Origin: Minisyncoccia bacterium
GTDB lineage: Bacteria; Patescibacteriota; Minisyncoccia; Phycocordibacterales; UBA918
Length of the DNA: 64,000 nucleotides
Direction: 5' to 3'
Assembly: GCA_046293175.1 (NCBI GenBank)
Contig: JBKBPM010000001.1
Location: forward strand, 299,446 to 363,445
The position numbers and the translations under genes are program-made. Each line of letters opens with the position of its first letter. The first letter of the stretch is position 1. The notes under the pieces are model-generated. The model did no database searches and had not been told where the DNA came from. It saw nothing but the letters and a program-made list of their open reading frames with translations. This document shows positions 36,352 through 45,990 of the stretch, in pieces.

Positions 36352-36375
36352 ATAGTGCTCAGTATAGCAGAGGTA

Positions 36376-36771
36376 CTACCAATTAAGGTAGGTAATGGTG
36401 AATTGGAGTACTGTCGCAAAAGAAACCCAAAGGAGATATGGGATATTAGCATACACAATCCATGGATAATATGGGAAGATGAAGTAAAGGGCAGCAACCA
36501 GAGAACCGAGCACCACTATAATATCAATAGCAGCTAGGAGGTTACTTTGAAGACCGAATTGCAATGGTGTAAATAGTATGTTGGCGACTAAGTTAAGGAG
36601 AAAGATACCGGCAATCCAGTACGGTACCTCGCCGGTGTAGGTTTTATAAAATACGTACGTGAAGCTCACCGCAATAATGGCGTAGAGGACACTCCAGACC
36701 GGACCAAAAAGCCAAGCTGGAGGTGCCCAGGTTGGTTTGATAAGGGTTGCGTACCACGTGTACTGTTCCAT
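36376..36771 (-). CDS. tspO: TspO/MBR tryptophan-rich sensory protein
   Basis: 5-TM 131-aa protein with WAPPAWLFGPVWSVLY and other TspO signatures. Confidence 0.85.
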   Translation of the reverse strand: MEQYTWYATLIKPTWAPPAWLFGPVWSVLYAIIAVSFTYVFYKTYTGEVPYWIAGIFLLNLVANILFTPLQFGLQSNLLAAIDIIVVLGSLVAALYFIFPYYPWIVYANIPYLLWVSFATVLQFTITYLNW

Positions 36772-36844
36772 ATCACTATTATATCACGTGTGCCAAACAA
36801 AAAGGCGGAAAGACTGAGTCTTTGACCCGCCTTTCCGCTGTGGT

Positions 36845-37180
36845 TTATTGCTTGGACTTCAGTCGACGTTTCCGATCCTTGATCACCTTTGGTTCGAGCC
36901 AGTAGCGCTCGTTCCAAGGCGGACCAATTTCAAGAATGGTATAAGTCTTACCGTGAAGCTTCATGTACGAACGAACTCGGGGTGCCAGAATCATATACCA
37001 ACCACATCCTTGCAGTTTTTCACCCACTTGCGCGGATTCGATTGCAAGGTCTACGCTCGTGCACATAAGTCGGTCAGAACCAGGTCTGAGCTGACGTTCC
37101 ACATACGACGGCGAGACTTCGATTTCTGCCAGTGCCGGTCCTGCTACCAAGAACAGCAGAAACAGAATAAATCTATTCAT
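36845..37180 (-). CDS. hypothetical secreted protein
   Basis: Signal peptide (MNRFILFLLFLVAGPALA). No motif. Confidence 0.45.
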   Translation of the reverse strand: MNRFILFLLFLVAGPALAEIEVSPSYVERQLRPGSDRLMCTSVDLAIESAQVGEKLQGCGWYMILAPRVRSYMKLHGKTYTILEIGPPWNERYWLEPKVIKDRKRRLKSKQ

Positions 37181-37287
37181 CTGTGCCTCCTTGGGCGATG
37201 ATCAATTTCGTTAGTACTATATCACATAAAACAAAGAAAATCAATGTGTTAGCATTGATTTTCTTGATAGTAGAGCCATTTTTCTGA

Positions 37288-37866
37288 TTAGATCCCTTTC
37301 TTCCCCATCGCGGCAATCTCACGGAGCCATTTTTCGCGGCAAGGTGAACCGACCTTCTCGCAGGGGCCATAAGCAGTCACGGCGGTGCGGATACCAGCGA
37401 ATTCGAGGATACCGTACTGGATTTCGTTCGTGAAATCACCAAAACGCCACCAGGTCTGGAATGGTGAGTGGGTACCAGAGAGGACAATCACACGGGCTGA
37501 ACGACCTTTGAGATGTTTGTCGATACGTTTCGTCTCTTTATTGAAATTAAAGGCAAAGCCAGGGAGCCAAAAACGGTCAAAGAGACCTTTAAGTAAAGCC
37601 GGCATGGCACACCACCAGTTTGGATACACAATCACGATATGTTCCGCTTCACGGAAGCGGTTTTGGAGGTCAATGAGATCTGGTTCAAGCTGTTGGATTT
37701 CTTTGTAGCCTTTATGGAGGATAGGATCAAACTGCAATTGGCCAAGATTCACGCGAACAACTTCGTGTCCAGCTTCACGAGCGGCGTTTTCGTAACTGTT
37801 CGCTACTTCCCCACTAAATGACTCGTGATCAGGGTGACCACAAAGAACTAAGATCTTTTTTGACAT
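37288..37866 (-). CDS. flavodoxin-like NAD(P)H dehydrogenase (quinone) family (Flavodoxin_2 / MdaB-KefF-like)
   Basis: KILVLCGHPDHESFSGEV and the overall flavodoxin_2 pattern. Confidence 0.75.
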   Translation of the reverse strand: MSKKILVLCGHPDHESFSGEVANSYENAAREAGHEVVRVNLGQLQFDPILHKGYKEIQQLEPDLIDLQNRFREAEHIVIVYPNWWCAMPALLKGLFDRFWLPGFAFNFNKETKRIDKHLKGRSARVIVLSGTHSPFQTWWRFGDFTNEIQYGILEFAGIRTAVTAYGPCEKVGSPCREKWLREIAAMGKKGI

Positions 37867-37885
37867 AGATACCTAGAGTATACGG

Positions 37886-37917
37886 CAACAGGACATCACG
37901 AATGTGATGTCCTGTTG
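37886..37917. promoter_or_regulatory. perfect 14-bp inverted repeat caacaggacatcac gaat gtgatgtcctgttg 20 nt upstream of the 37866 start
   Basis: Possible operator, or terminator of the 38079..38399 gene. Confidence 0.3.
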
Positions 37918-38078
37918 ATAATACTAATTTAGTATTTTTAAACCAAATCAAATCAAGAATTAGACAAGTGGCCCGAGATTCTAGGCGTCGAGCCAAAGAA
38001 TTAGGAGTCGTACTTACTTGTATGATGACTGTTTCTTTGGTGAAGACATCAACGACGATTAGGCTAATTGTTTGATTC

Positions 38079-38399
38079 TTAGCGTCGGATAGAGCCGTTG
38101 GGATTAAACTTACCTGCCGCCCCACCTCCCATCTGCATCTTCGCCAGTTTCTCCTTCATTTCTGGACTCATCACGGCGAGAATCTCCTGCTGGTACTTTG
38201 GGAGTACCTTCATAGCCGCTGCCATCTGGTTGTTGCCGTTTGATTTAAGCTCCGCTTGCATCTCTTTGGCAATTTTTTCAAATAGCTCGGGCTTCTTTTC
38301 GAGCATTTCAATAATCATTTGTTGTTGCTCGATTGGGACGTTTTTCATTTGCGATTGTACGAGCTTCTTAATCGCCATGTTCTTTAATTTTCCAAACAT
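38079..38399 (-). CDS. hypothetical protein (Lys/Glu/Met-rich, helical)
   Basis: 106-aa ORF. No motif. Confidence 0.4.
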   Translation of the reverse strand: MFGKLKNMAIKKLVQSQMKNVPIEQQQMIIEMLEKKPELFEKIAKEMQAELKSNGNNQMAAAMKVLPKYQQEILAVMSPEMKEKLAKMQMGGGAAGKFNPNGSIRR

Positions 38400-38488
38400 A
38401 CGTCGCCATCATACCACATACCACCAGCAACAGATGAAATATGGACATTATCTAATATTTATGGTACTATACTAATTATTTTTAGTAT

Positions 38489-40087
38489 TTGTATATGGGT
38501 ATCATTCAGGCTGTCATTGACTCAATAATTCACTTCATTTCTGTGACTTTAGTTAGTCAAGTAAAATTATTCTTCACTTCACGCTGGTCATTAAAGAAAA
38601 TTACTATATTGGTAGGTCTCGTTGCGGCTGGAGCTATTGTGTGGTTCGTGAGCAGTACTGAAGATAGCCCAGAAGTAGCTAGTCTCCCACCGCAAGTACG
38701 GGTTGCTACGGTAGATACCCTAAAAAATCAAAATACTGCCCAGTTTATTGGTACTGTGCGTTCGGTGAGTGAAGCCGACCTTCAAACCGAACGTGGTGGT
38801 CGAGTTACTAGCGTTCGTGTTAAAGCCGGTGATGTTATTCGTGCCGGGACTGTTATTGCCACACTGGAAAACGCTTCAGAACAAGCGGCTGTGTTGCAAG
38901 CTCAAGGGTCGTACCAAGCAGCACTCGCTGCTAATCGCCAAGGCATTCTTGGCATTGCCGAGGCTACCACTGCGCTTGAAACTGCGAAGCGTAATGCTGT
39001 AACTGGTAATGCTAGTGCCTATAATACAGTGAGTGGTGTTGTGCGAACGACAGTAGACTCATACTTCGCAAATCCAACTTCGCAGTTGCCTGGTCTTCGT
39101 ATCGATGGCAAAGGGAGTACCCAAGTTATTAATGCAGCTCGTGTTGCACTCGAAAGTACACTTGCGAAGTGGCAGAGTGAAAGTACTGCCCTGACCCCAG
39201 CAGGTAACATTACAGCCGCGATTGAAAATGGTCGTCGTTACACCAAAGAAGTAGTTGCGCTAGTAGATAGTTTGATTACAGCTCTTGAACGTGATACCGC
39301 TGGTGGTTCAGCTGGAGACCTGGAACGAGCAGCGAATATTACGGTGCTTACTACCGCTCGTGGTACTTTGCTTGGTATCGAGAGTTCACTCCAAGGTTCT
39401 CTCTCTGCTATCTCAGCGGCTGAAGATGCGAAAGCCCGGGCCGAGATTACTGCTGGTAGTAGTGGACCAACTGCCAATAGTGCAGCCATCACTCAAGCAC
39501 TTGGCGCGCTCCGTGCTGCGCAAGCGAATCTAGAAAAGACAATTATTCGCTCTCCAATTTCTGGAACCGTAGCTGTCCTCCGTGTTAATGCTGGGGAGTA
39601 TATTGCTGCTCAAACACCAGTTGCCCGTGTGACAGGTGGTACGGGACTCGAAATCTCAATTTTCGTTGGCGACCGCGACCGTGAGCAATTTGTGATTGGT
39701 AATACTGTGCAGATAGATGGAACAGCAACTGGTACGGTAGTGAATATCGCACCAGCAATTGATCCTGTCACGCAAAAAGTAGAAGTTAAAGTTGCTACTG
39801 ATGCAATGAACCTAGTGAATGGAGACACCGTTTCGGTAACGCTTAATGCGAGTACGAGCACTGTAGCAACTAAGCTCGAGGTGCCAATTACTGCTATAAA
39901 ATTTACTGACACAGCTGGTTTTGTTTTTGTTGTTGATAACAATCTCCTTCGTGCCGTCCCGGTTGAAATCGGAGAAGTGAATGGTTCACTGGTTACTATT
40001 AAAAGTGGTATCGATAGTACTACTGAATTTGTAGTAGATGCGCGTGGTAAAACTGACGGGGAGCAGGTAGAAGTAATTCGCGATTAA
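38489..40087 (+). CDS. efflux periplasmic adaptor / membrane fusion protein (HlyD family)
   Basis: N-terminal TM, biotinyl/lipoyl-like hairpin segments (VKAGDVIRAGTVIATL; IIRSPISGTVAVLRVNAGEYI). Sits 2 nt from the RND gene. Confidence 0.8.
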   Translation: MYMGIIQAVIDSIIHFISVTLVSQVKLFFTSRWSLKKITILVGLVAAGAIVWFVSSTEDSPEVASLPPQVRVATVDTLKNQNTAQFIGTVRSVSEADLQTERGGRVTSVRVKAGDVIRAGTVIATLENASEQAAVLQAQGSYQAALAANRQGILGIAEATTALETAKRNAVTGNASAYNTVSGVVRTTVDSYFANPTSQLPGLRIDGKGSTQVINAARVALESTLAKWQSESTALTPAGNITAAIENGRRYTKEVVALVDSLITALERDTAGGSAGDLERAANITVLTTARGTLLGIESSLQGSLSAISAAEDAKARAEITAGSSGPTANSAAITQALGALRAAQANLEKTIIRSPISGTVAVLRVNAGEYIAAQTPVARVTGGTGLEISIFVGDRDREQFVIGNTVQIDGTATGTVVNIAPAIDPVTQKVEVKVATDAMNLVNGDTVSVTLNASTSTVATKLEVPITAIKFTDTAGFVFVVDNNLLRAVPVEIGEVNGSLVTIKSGIDSTTEFVVDARGKTDGEQVEVIRD

Positions 40088-40088
40088 T

Positions 40089-43000
40089 ATGTGGGAATTT
40101 TTTGTCCGAAATACACGGTTCGGTTACCTTTTTGTGGTCGCCCTTATTGCGACTGGTACGTATACACTTTTGACCATTCCTCGAGAATCAGCACCTGAAG
40201 TGGTAATCCCAGTTGGTATCGTGCAGACAGTACTTCCTGGTGCACCAGCTGCTGACGTCGAGTCGCTCGTAACAAACGAGATTGAACGAGGCCTTGTATC
40301 ACTTGAAGATGTAAAAAAGATTACGTCAACCTCTCGTGAAGGTGTATCTATAGTACAAGTTGAGTTTGATGCCGGTGCCGAAGTTGATACCGCAATTCAA
40401 AATCTCAAAGATGAGATAGATACCATTGCACGCGATCTGCCAGAAACAGCTGAAGATCCATTTGTGAGTGAGGTCAACTTCGTTGATCAGCCAATTATGA
40501 CCGTGGCAGTGGCAGGTGATCTGTTACCGATTGAGTTTCGTACATTGGCAAATGATCTGGAAAAAGAAATAGAGTCGGTTCCCGGCATTTCAAGGGTAAC
40601 TGTTTCTGGTGTAGAAGAACGTGAATTAACGGTCATTGTTGATCAGGCGGCATTAGTACGTTATGACTTATCACTGAGTGCCGTTACCCAAGCTCTTGGT
40701 AATGCCAATCGAACCCTTCCCATTGGCCAGATTACCAACAATGGTGTGACATACAATGTAGCCTTTGAAGGTGATATTGAATCTCCTGCTGATATTGCGA
40801 ACGTTTCTGTTGGTCAAAAAGGTGGTCAGCCAGTGTACGTCCGTGATATCGCTGTAGTGAAAGATGAACTAGCCCCGGCCGCTACCCTCTCGCGGGTGAG
40901 TTTTGGTGGCGAACCCTCACTCACCTCTATTTCACTTGATGTGTTCAAGCAAAGTGGTGGTGACATCACGAGAATTGCCAAAGCAGTGAACGAACGTTTG
41001 GCTGAGCTATCTAAAGAAGGTAATATTCTCCACGGACTCAATTACACAGTATTGCTTGATTCTGGTGAACAGATCGAAACAGACCTTCGAAACCTCACTC
41101 TATCAGGCGTACAAACTGTCCTCCTTGTTGTTGGTTTGCTAGCCCTAACAATTGGTTGGCGTGAAAGTCTTATTGCTGGCGCATCTATTCCTCTGTCTTT
41201 CTTGATTGGGTTTATTGGACTCTACTTCTCAGGTAATACAATTAACTTCCTTAGTCTTTTTGCTCTTATTCTCGGTATTGGTATCTTGGTTGACTCGGCT
41301 ATCGTGATGGTGGAAGGCATTAATGCTCGCATGAAAGCTAATCCAAATATTGATAAAGATGAAGCTGCGATTCTGACTATTCGTGAATTCGCCGCGCCGC
41401 TTATCTCGGGCACACTCACGACTGTAGCGATGTTTGCGGGTCTCTTTATTGTAAGTGGTGTCATTGGACAATTTATTGCTTCAATCCCGTTTACACTTAT
41501 CTTCATCCTCTTTGCGTCGATGTTTGTAGCGCTCTCAATCGTGCCGCTATTTGCAGCACATTACTTACGTCGTCGCAACAGTACAGCGTTTGAAGCGAAG
41601 CAGGTTGCGTACGCTCATGCGCTCGAGAGTCGCTATAGAACCTATCTCGTGCAAATGCTGGGAGATGATGTCAAACAAGAAAAATTCCTCCAGTTAATTT
41701 TCTCCCTCCTTTTGGCGTCGTTGGTGGTCGTATATAGTCTCATTTCTGCTGTTCTCGTCTTCCTTATCACGTACTTCTTTGGTCTTCGCATTAAACGGTG
41801 GCTCAGAACCAAAACGTGGCGAGGCTTCTTCAAATGGCTGTTCTCATTTGTCGTTATGCTTGTACTCCTTGGTGGTACAATTTTTGCGAGTGGTCAGTTC
41901 TTGCCAAAGATTAACCCAGTAAAAGTAGTGTTTTTCGAACAGAGTGACGTTGATTATGTCATTATTGGTATCGAGAAGCCTGAGGGTACACAAAAAGAAG
42001 TTACGGATATCGCTACCCGCCGGGTGGAAGAAATCCTCTATACCATCCCAAACATTGAATCCTATGTAGTAACAGTAGGTAGTGGCAGTCAGTTTGCTGG
42101 TGGCGGAACCGGAGAAAAACTTGCGAATATCTTCATTACCCTCACACCAGACCGTGATCAAACAAGTACAGAAATGGTTGAGACCTTGCGCACCGCGCTG
42201 GCACCGATTCGTGATGTTAAAGTAACTGTGACGCAACCTAGTGATGGTCCGCCAACTGGAGCTGCGATCATTATCAAGTATCTTGGTGATGATTTGGTCG
42301 AGTTGACTGAAGTAGCAGACAAAACAGCGACCCTTATGCGCAGTATTCCACATACCACCAATGTGAATACGAGTACCAATAATAACAATACTGAGTTTGT
42401 GCTCGAACTTGACCGGGCCAAAGCAGCAGCCTTGGGACTTGATCCGTTTAGTGTTTCTGCGCTCATGCGTACCGCAGTGTATGGTAGTGAAGCAACTGCT
42501 TTGACCACCCTTACTGAAGATATTCCAGTTGTGGTGAAGCTTAACCTCTCTGGAGACGATCAAGCAACTACTGCTACTAACAACGATACAACTATTGATG
42601 CGCTCATGCGGCTTATAATCCCGACTCCTAACGGATCGGTGCCTTTATCTGCAATTGCGACTGTATCGCTGCGTGAGTCGAGTTCTGTAATCAATCACGA
42701 GGAAGGAAAACGAGTTGTATCAGTAACTGCGGATGTCACTGCTACTGGAAATGTCCGTGAAGTGCAAGCTGAAGTCTTAAAACAAATTGAAGAAAAACTA
42801 GATTTGCCAGACACGGTGACCCTTAGTACTGGTGGAGGTGAAACTGAAGAATCTAACAAGGCGTTTTTCGAAATGCTCCTTGCGCTCGTGGTTGGAGTAA
42901 TCCTGATGGTAGCCATCTTGGTTTACCAATTTGGTTCGTATCTCCATACCCGTTATGTACTCTCCATTCTTCCCTACTCCCTCATCGGTATCTTCTTTGG

Positions 43001-43358
43001 GCTAGGCATTACCTTTAACCCAGTCTCTTTCCCTTCTATTATGGGATTCATTGCATTGTCGGGTATTGTCGTGAATAACTCAATTCTCTTGATTGATATG
43101 ATGAACCAAGAACGTCGTCGTAACCCTGATCGTCCCATTCGTGATGTGGTTATTGATGCAGCAGTCAGTCGACTTCGTCCCATTCTTCTGACCACCCTCA
43201 CCACTGTGATTGGTATGATTCCGCTCACGTACGCTGGTGATCTTTGGGCACCACTGGCCTACGCAGTGATGTTCGGGTTATCATTCTCAGTTATCATTAC
43301 CCTGATTCTGATTCCGATAGTATACAATCGAAAGCCAGGTAAACTTGGTCATCGTTAG
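40089..43358 (+). CDS. RND efflux transporter (AcrB/HAE1 family)
   Basis: 1089 aa, 12-TM topology with two large periplasmic loops and AcrB-like conserved segments. Confidence 0.95.
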   Translation: MWEFFVRNTRFGYLFVVALIATGTYTLLTIPRESAPEVVIPVGIVQTVLPGAPAADVESLVTNEIERGLVSLEDVKKITSTSREGVSIVQVEFDAGAEVDTAIQNLKDEIDTIARDLPETAEDPFVSEVNFVDQPIMTVAVAGDLLPIEFRTLANDLEKEIESVPGISRVTVSGVEERELTVIVDQAALVRYDLSLSAVTQALGNANRTLPIGQITNNGVTYNVAFEGDIESPADIANVSVGQKGGQPVYVRDIAVVKDELAPAATLSRVSFGGEPSLTSISLDVFKQSGGDITRIAKAVNERLAELSKEGNILHGLNYTVLLDSGEQIETDLRNLTLSGVQTVLLVVGLLALTIGWRESLIAGASIPLSFLIGFIGLYFSGNTINFLSLFALILGIGILVDSAIVMVEGINARMKANPNIDKDEAAILTIREFAAPLISGTLTTVAMFAGLFIVSGVIGQFIASIPFTLIFILFASMFVALSIVPLFAAHYLRRRNSTAFEAKQVAYAHALESRYRTYLVQMLGDDVKQEKFLQLIFSLLLASLVVVYSLISAVLVFLITYFFGLRIKRWLRTKTWRGFFKWLFSFVVMLVLLGGTIFASGQFLPKINPVKVVFFEQSDVDYVIIGIEKPEGTQKEVTDIATRRVEEILYTIPNIESYVVTVGSGSQFAGGGTGEKLANIFITLTPDRDQTSTEMVETLRTALAPIRDVKVTVTQPSDGPPTGAAIIIKYLGDDLVELTEVADKTATLMRSIPHTTNVNTSTNNNNTEFVLELDRAKAAALGLDPFSVSALMRTAVYGSEATALTTLTEDIPVVVKLNLSGDDQATTATNNDTTIDALMRLIIPTPNGSVPLSAIATVSLRESSSVINHEEGKRVVSVTADVTATGNVREVQAEVLKQIEEKLDLPDTVTLSTGGGETEESNKAFFEMLLALVVGVILMVAILVYQFGSYLHTRYVLSILPYSLIGIFFGLGITFNPVSFPSIMGFIALSGIVVNNSILLIDMMNQERRRNPDRPIRDVVIDAAVSRLRPILLTTLTTVIGMIPLTYAGDLWAPLAYAVMFGLSFSVIITLILIPIVYNRKPGKLGHR

Positions 43359-43380
43359 ACCAATTACAAATCAAAACTAC

Positions 43381-43408
43381 GGCACCACTAGGTGCCGCGT
43401 TTTGTTTC
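43381..43408 (+). terminator. rho-independent terminator (cggcacc acta ggtgccg cgttttgttt)
   Basis: Stem plus T-tract right after the RND stop. Confidence 0.6.
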
Positions 43409-43418
43409 GTGTAATCAA

Positions 43419-43964
43419 TTAGTCTTGATTTGATACAGTGGGAGCTGGTGGTACTGGCTTCTTGTGTGACTTAAGTATTGCCATAATGCCATTCACAAGT
43501 CCGGTCGCAAGCATGAGCATCGCGATGTAGCCGAGTACGAACTGGAGATAGGTGAAGCTGGTGAGGCCAAGTGGCAGGAGTGCGGCGAGGGTACCAAGGG
43601 TGTACCAACTCCCTGCCTGGAGTGATGGCCCAAAGGTACTCGGCATAATGCGGAGGGTCATGAGGATGGCATTACTATAGAGCACTGCGAGGATGGTCCA
43701 CTGTGCAAACAAGAGTGGCGTAAAGGCCGCTGCTCCCAGGTGGTACGTATTGTATGCGGTGAGAATAGCCAGGGTAAAGAATAAAGCCACCATCGCGACA
43801 CGTAATACCACGTACAACACGGACATCATCTTGCGCTCGGTGCCATCGATGGACCCGTCAGCGATGGCGACAAAAAAGTTCGTTATGGCTAAGGTTGAGC
43901 TCCCGACCCCAAGTGAGGTCGCAAAGCTAAAAATCACTGCTACAAATAAGATAAGAAGTTCCAT
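43419..43964 (-). CDS. hypothetical polytopic membrane protein
   Basis: 181 aa, 5-6 TM. Confidence 0.5.
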   Translation of the reverse strand: MELLILFVAVIFSFATSLGVGSSTLAITNFFVAIADGSIDGTERKMMSVLYVVLRVAMVALFFTLAILTAYNTYHLGAAAFTPLLFAQWTILAVLYSNAILMTLRIMPSTFGPSLQAGSWYTLGTLAALLPLGLTSFTYLQFVLGYIAMLMLATGLVNGIMAILKSHKKPVPPAPTVSNQD

Positions 43965-44044
43965 ATGTTTCTATAGTACCACCTCAAAACCTTGTTACCT
44001 CTCTCCTCTGTTAATTGTTATACTAGAGAACAAATACATAAATT

Positions 44045-44761
44045 ATGAAAAAGCATTTCTTTTTTGATATGGACAAGACTATTGCTCCATCACGTCAGCC
44101 AATCCTTAATGAAATGTATGAGCTATTATCAACAAGTCCTATAGATGTCGTCATTGTGTCAGGACAAACAGTGCCTTTAATAGCCTGGCAAAGTAATAAC
44201 CTACCGGCGTATCGACTGGGACAAAATGGCAACCATGCGGTTGACCGAGAAGGAGTAGAACTTTGGCATACACCACTCGAACAACATCACCGTGACCAGA
44301 TTCTCGATCATATCAATGAAGTTATTGAGATTCTTGACCATGAATTAAATCACGAGTGGTCCCCCATTGAAGACCGAGGTGCACAAATTACATTTAGTCC
44401 AATCGGCAATACAGCTCCAGTTGAGGTAAAAGCAACCTATGATCCTGACAGAAAGAAGCGTGAACATATTCTCGCCACCATTCCTTTTGCAGCAGAAGAT
44501 CTGGTTGTAAAAATTGGCGGGTCAACTAGTCTCGATTATCTTCACAAAGATCGACAAAAAGGTAACAATGTCCGAAAGTTCATTGATCTTCTGGGATGGA
44601 GCGATGATGCGTGTGTATACTACGGTGACGGTCTCTACCCTGGCGGTAATGATGAGTCAGTAATTGGCGTTATTGATACTGTCTTCGTTGAAGATCACCT
44701 CGATTGCTACCAAAAACTAGTTGAGTACCTTAAAAAGGACTCTCTGACCACTCCATCTTAG
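44045..44761 (+). CDS. HAD-superfamily hydrolase, eukaryotic-type phosphomannomutase (PMM)-like
   Basis: Motif I FFFDMDKTIAPSRQPI (DxDxT), like PMM LFDVDGTLTPARQKI. C-terminal GDGLYPGGNDESV resembles PMM motif IV. Confidence 0.65.
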   Translation: MKKHFFFDMDKTIAPSRQPILNEMYELLSTSPIDVVIVSGQTVPLIAWQSNNLPAYRLGQNGNHAVDREGVELWHTPLEQHHRDQILDHINEVIEILDHELNHEWSPIEDRGAQITFSPIGNTAPVEVKATYDPDRKKREHILATIPFAAEDLVVKIGGSTSLDYLHKDRQKGNNVRKFIDLLGWSDDACVYYGDGLYPGGNDESVIGVIDTVFVEDHLDCYQKLVEYLKKDSLTTPS

Positions 44762-45506
44762 CAACATCAACACCCGTTTCAGTCATCGTACCGTCTACCT
44801 TGGCATAAGCGGCTTCTTTGAGTGTGTTTATATCACAGATTGCATCTGTATTATTCGTGCGGCAGGTACTGGCGGCACTAAAGCGGAGTGGCGCTACGTG
44901 TCCAGGTGTACCGCCTTCACTAAAGACGAGGTGCCACTGCGTATTATCAAACGGGGCTGGTACATTCTTTAGCAGCTGTCCTTTATTTGAGAACGAGAAT
45001 TCTCGTTCTTCGAGTACGTCACCCTTGGAACAACTGATATCCGTTATTACCCAGGTTTTATCAGCCACTTTCATCTTCACCAAAGCAAAACCACTTGGAG
45101 TTCCGGTAGCGTAATCTGAAATGACCATCAGCTCCACTTCGGTAGGATTTTCAGAAACATATTTCATTTTAATTTTGTCTGGTGCTACGCTCTGGCAGAG
45201 TACTGGATCTACCCCGTCGTTTCCACCATTGAGCTTCGCTATAAGTGAATCTCGGACACCATTTTCAAGAGCGGTACTACTGAGGAGGATTGAGTCAGTT
45301 TTCATTTTACCACCATTAGCCTGCACCTCATCAAGCCAGGCATCATAAAAGTCAAAAGCAATATCAAGGGACTCAGGTAACTTGCGGGTGTCTTCATTCT
45401 TAAAGGTCATACTATTACTGAACCAAAAAAGCGCTGAACAAGCGGCTAAAAGTGCCACCAAAAAAACACCATAAATAATAAACTGCCGTTTAGAAACTGT
45501 TTGCAT
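44730..45506 (-). CDS. hypothetical membrane-anchored protein
   Basis: N-terminal TM. No motif. Convergent 32-nt overlap with the PMM-like gene. Confidence 0.45.
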   Translation of the reverse strand: MQTVSKRQFIIYGVFLVALLAACSALFWFSNSMTFKNEDTRKLPESLDIAFDFYDAWLDEVQANGGKMKTDSILLSSTALENGVRDSLIAKLNGGNDGVDPVLCQSVAPDKIKMKYVSENPTEVELMVISDYATGTPSGFALVKMKVADKTWVITDISCSKGDVLEEREFSFSNKGQLLKNVPAPFDNTQWHLVFSEGGTPGHVAPLRFSAASTCRTNNTDAICDINTLKEAAYAKVDGTMTETGVDVAKMEWSESPF

Positions 45507-45658
45507 AAGATCTAGATTATACCAGTGAAGACGCCTGCCTAGGACTTTACTTACGAGGGATGTATGGTGGTGGGTTAGATGGTGGTGGAATTTATCGTTA
45601 CATGGTTAGTATAGTTTATCGCTATTTTGTGTCGCAATGCTCGCAAGTAACTGGTAAA

Positions 45659-45834
45659 CTTTTGATTCCCCTAAGGTCGCACAACAGCAACGACATAGGA
45701 ATCGGTCACCAGTCACTAAGTATATTTGTTCGTTTCACTCCAAATCTACTAAGTGCTGTCCACCCCGCCTCGCCGACCCAGAGGGTCCCCGGCTACGTCT
45801 TTCGATTCCCCTAAGGTCGCACAACAGCAACGAC
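45659..45834 (-). repeat. copy R2 of the structured repeat family, bracketed by 36-bp direct repeats (1 mismatch) carrying an inverted 16-18 nt copy of the tRNA-Ala(GGC) 3' end
   Basis: Direct repeats ctttYgattcccctaaggtcgcacaacagcaacgac at 45659..45694 and 45799..45834. Between them, 45708..45775 matches the long hairpin and the CCGCGAGG block of R1/R3. Confidence 0.55.
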
Positions 45835-45865
45835 CACAATGCAAAAACATTGTGGTCGGCTGATT

Positions 45866-45938
45866 GTGGACCTTAGGGGAATCGAACCCCTCACCTCTTC
45901 CATGCCATGGAAGCGCTCTACCAAATGAGCTAAAGGCC
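45866..45938 (-). tRNA. tRNA-Ala (anticodon GGC)
   Basis: Reverse complement folds as a cloverleaf GGGCCUU/AAGGUCC with G3:U70, anticodon loop AUGGCAU, T-loop GGUUCGAUUCC and A73. No CCA encoded. Confidence 0.9.
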
Positions 45939-45947
45939 CGGTGCGTA

Positions 45948-45976
45948 CGATTCTATCATGAAATCATTACCGAGCA
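45948..45976 (-). promoter_or_regulatory. sigma-70-like promoter for tRNA-Ala(GGC): TTGCTC -17- TAGAAT
   Basis: The -10 ends about 9 nt upstream of tRNA position 1. Lies in the 52-nt gap after queA. Confidence 0.45.
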
Positions 45977-45990
45977 ACTCGTACTCTCAT

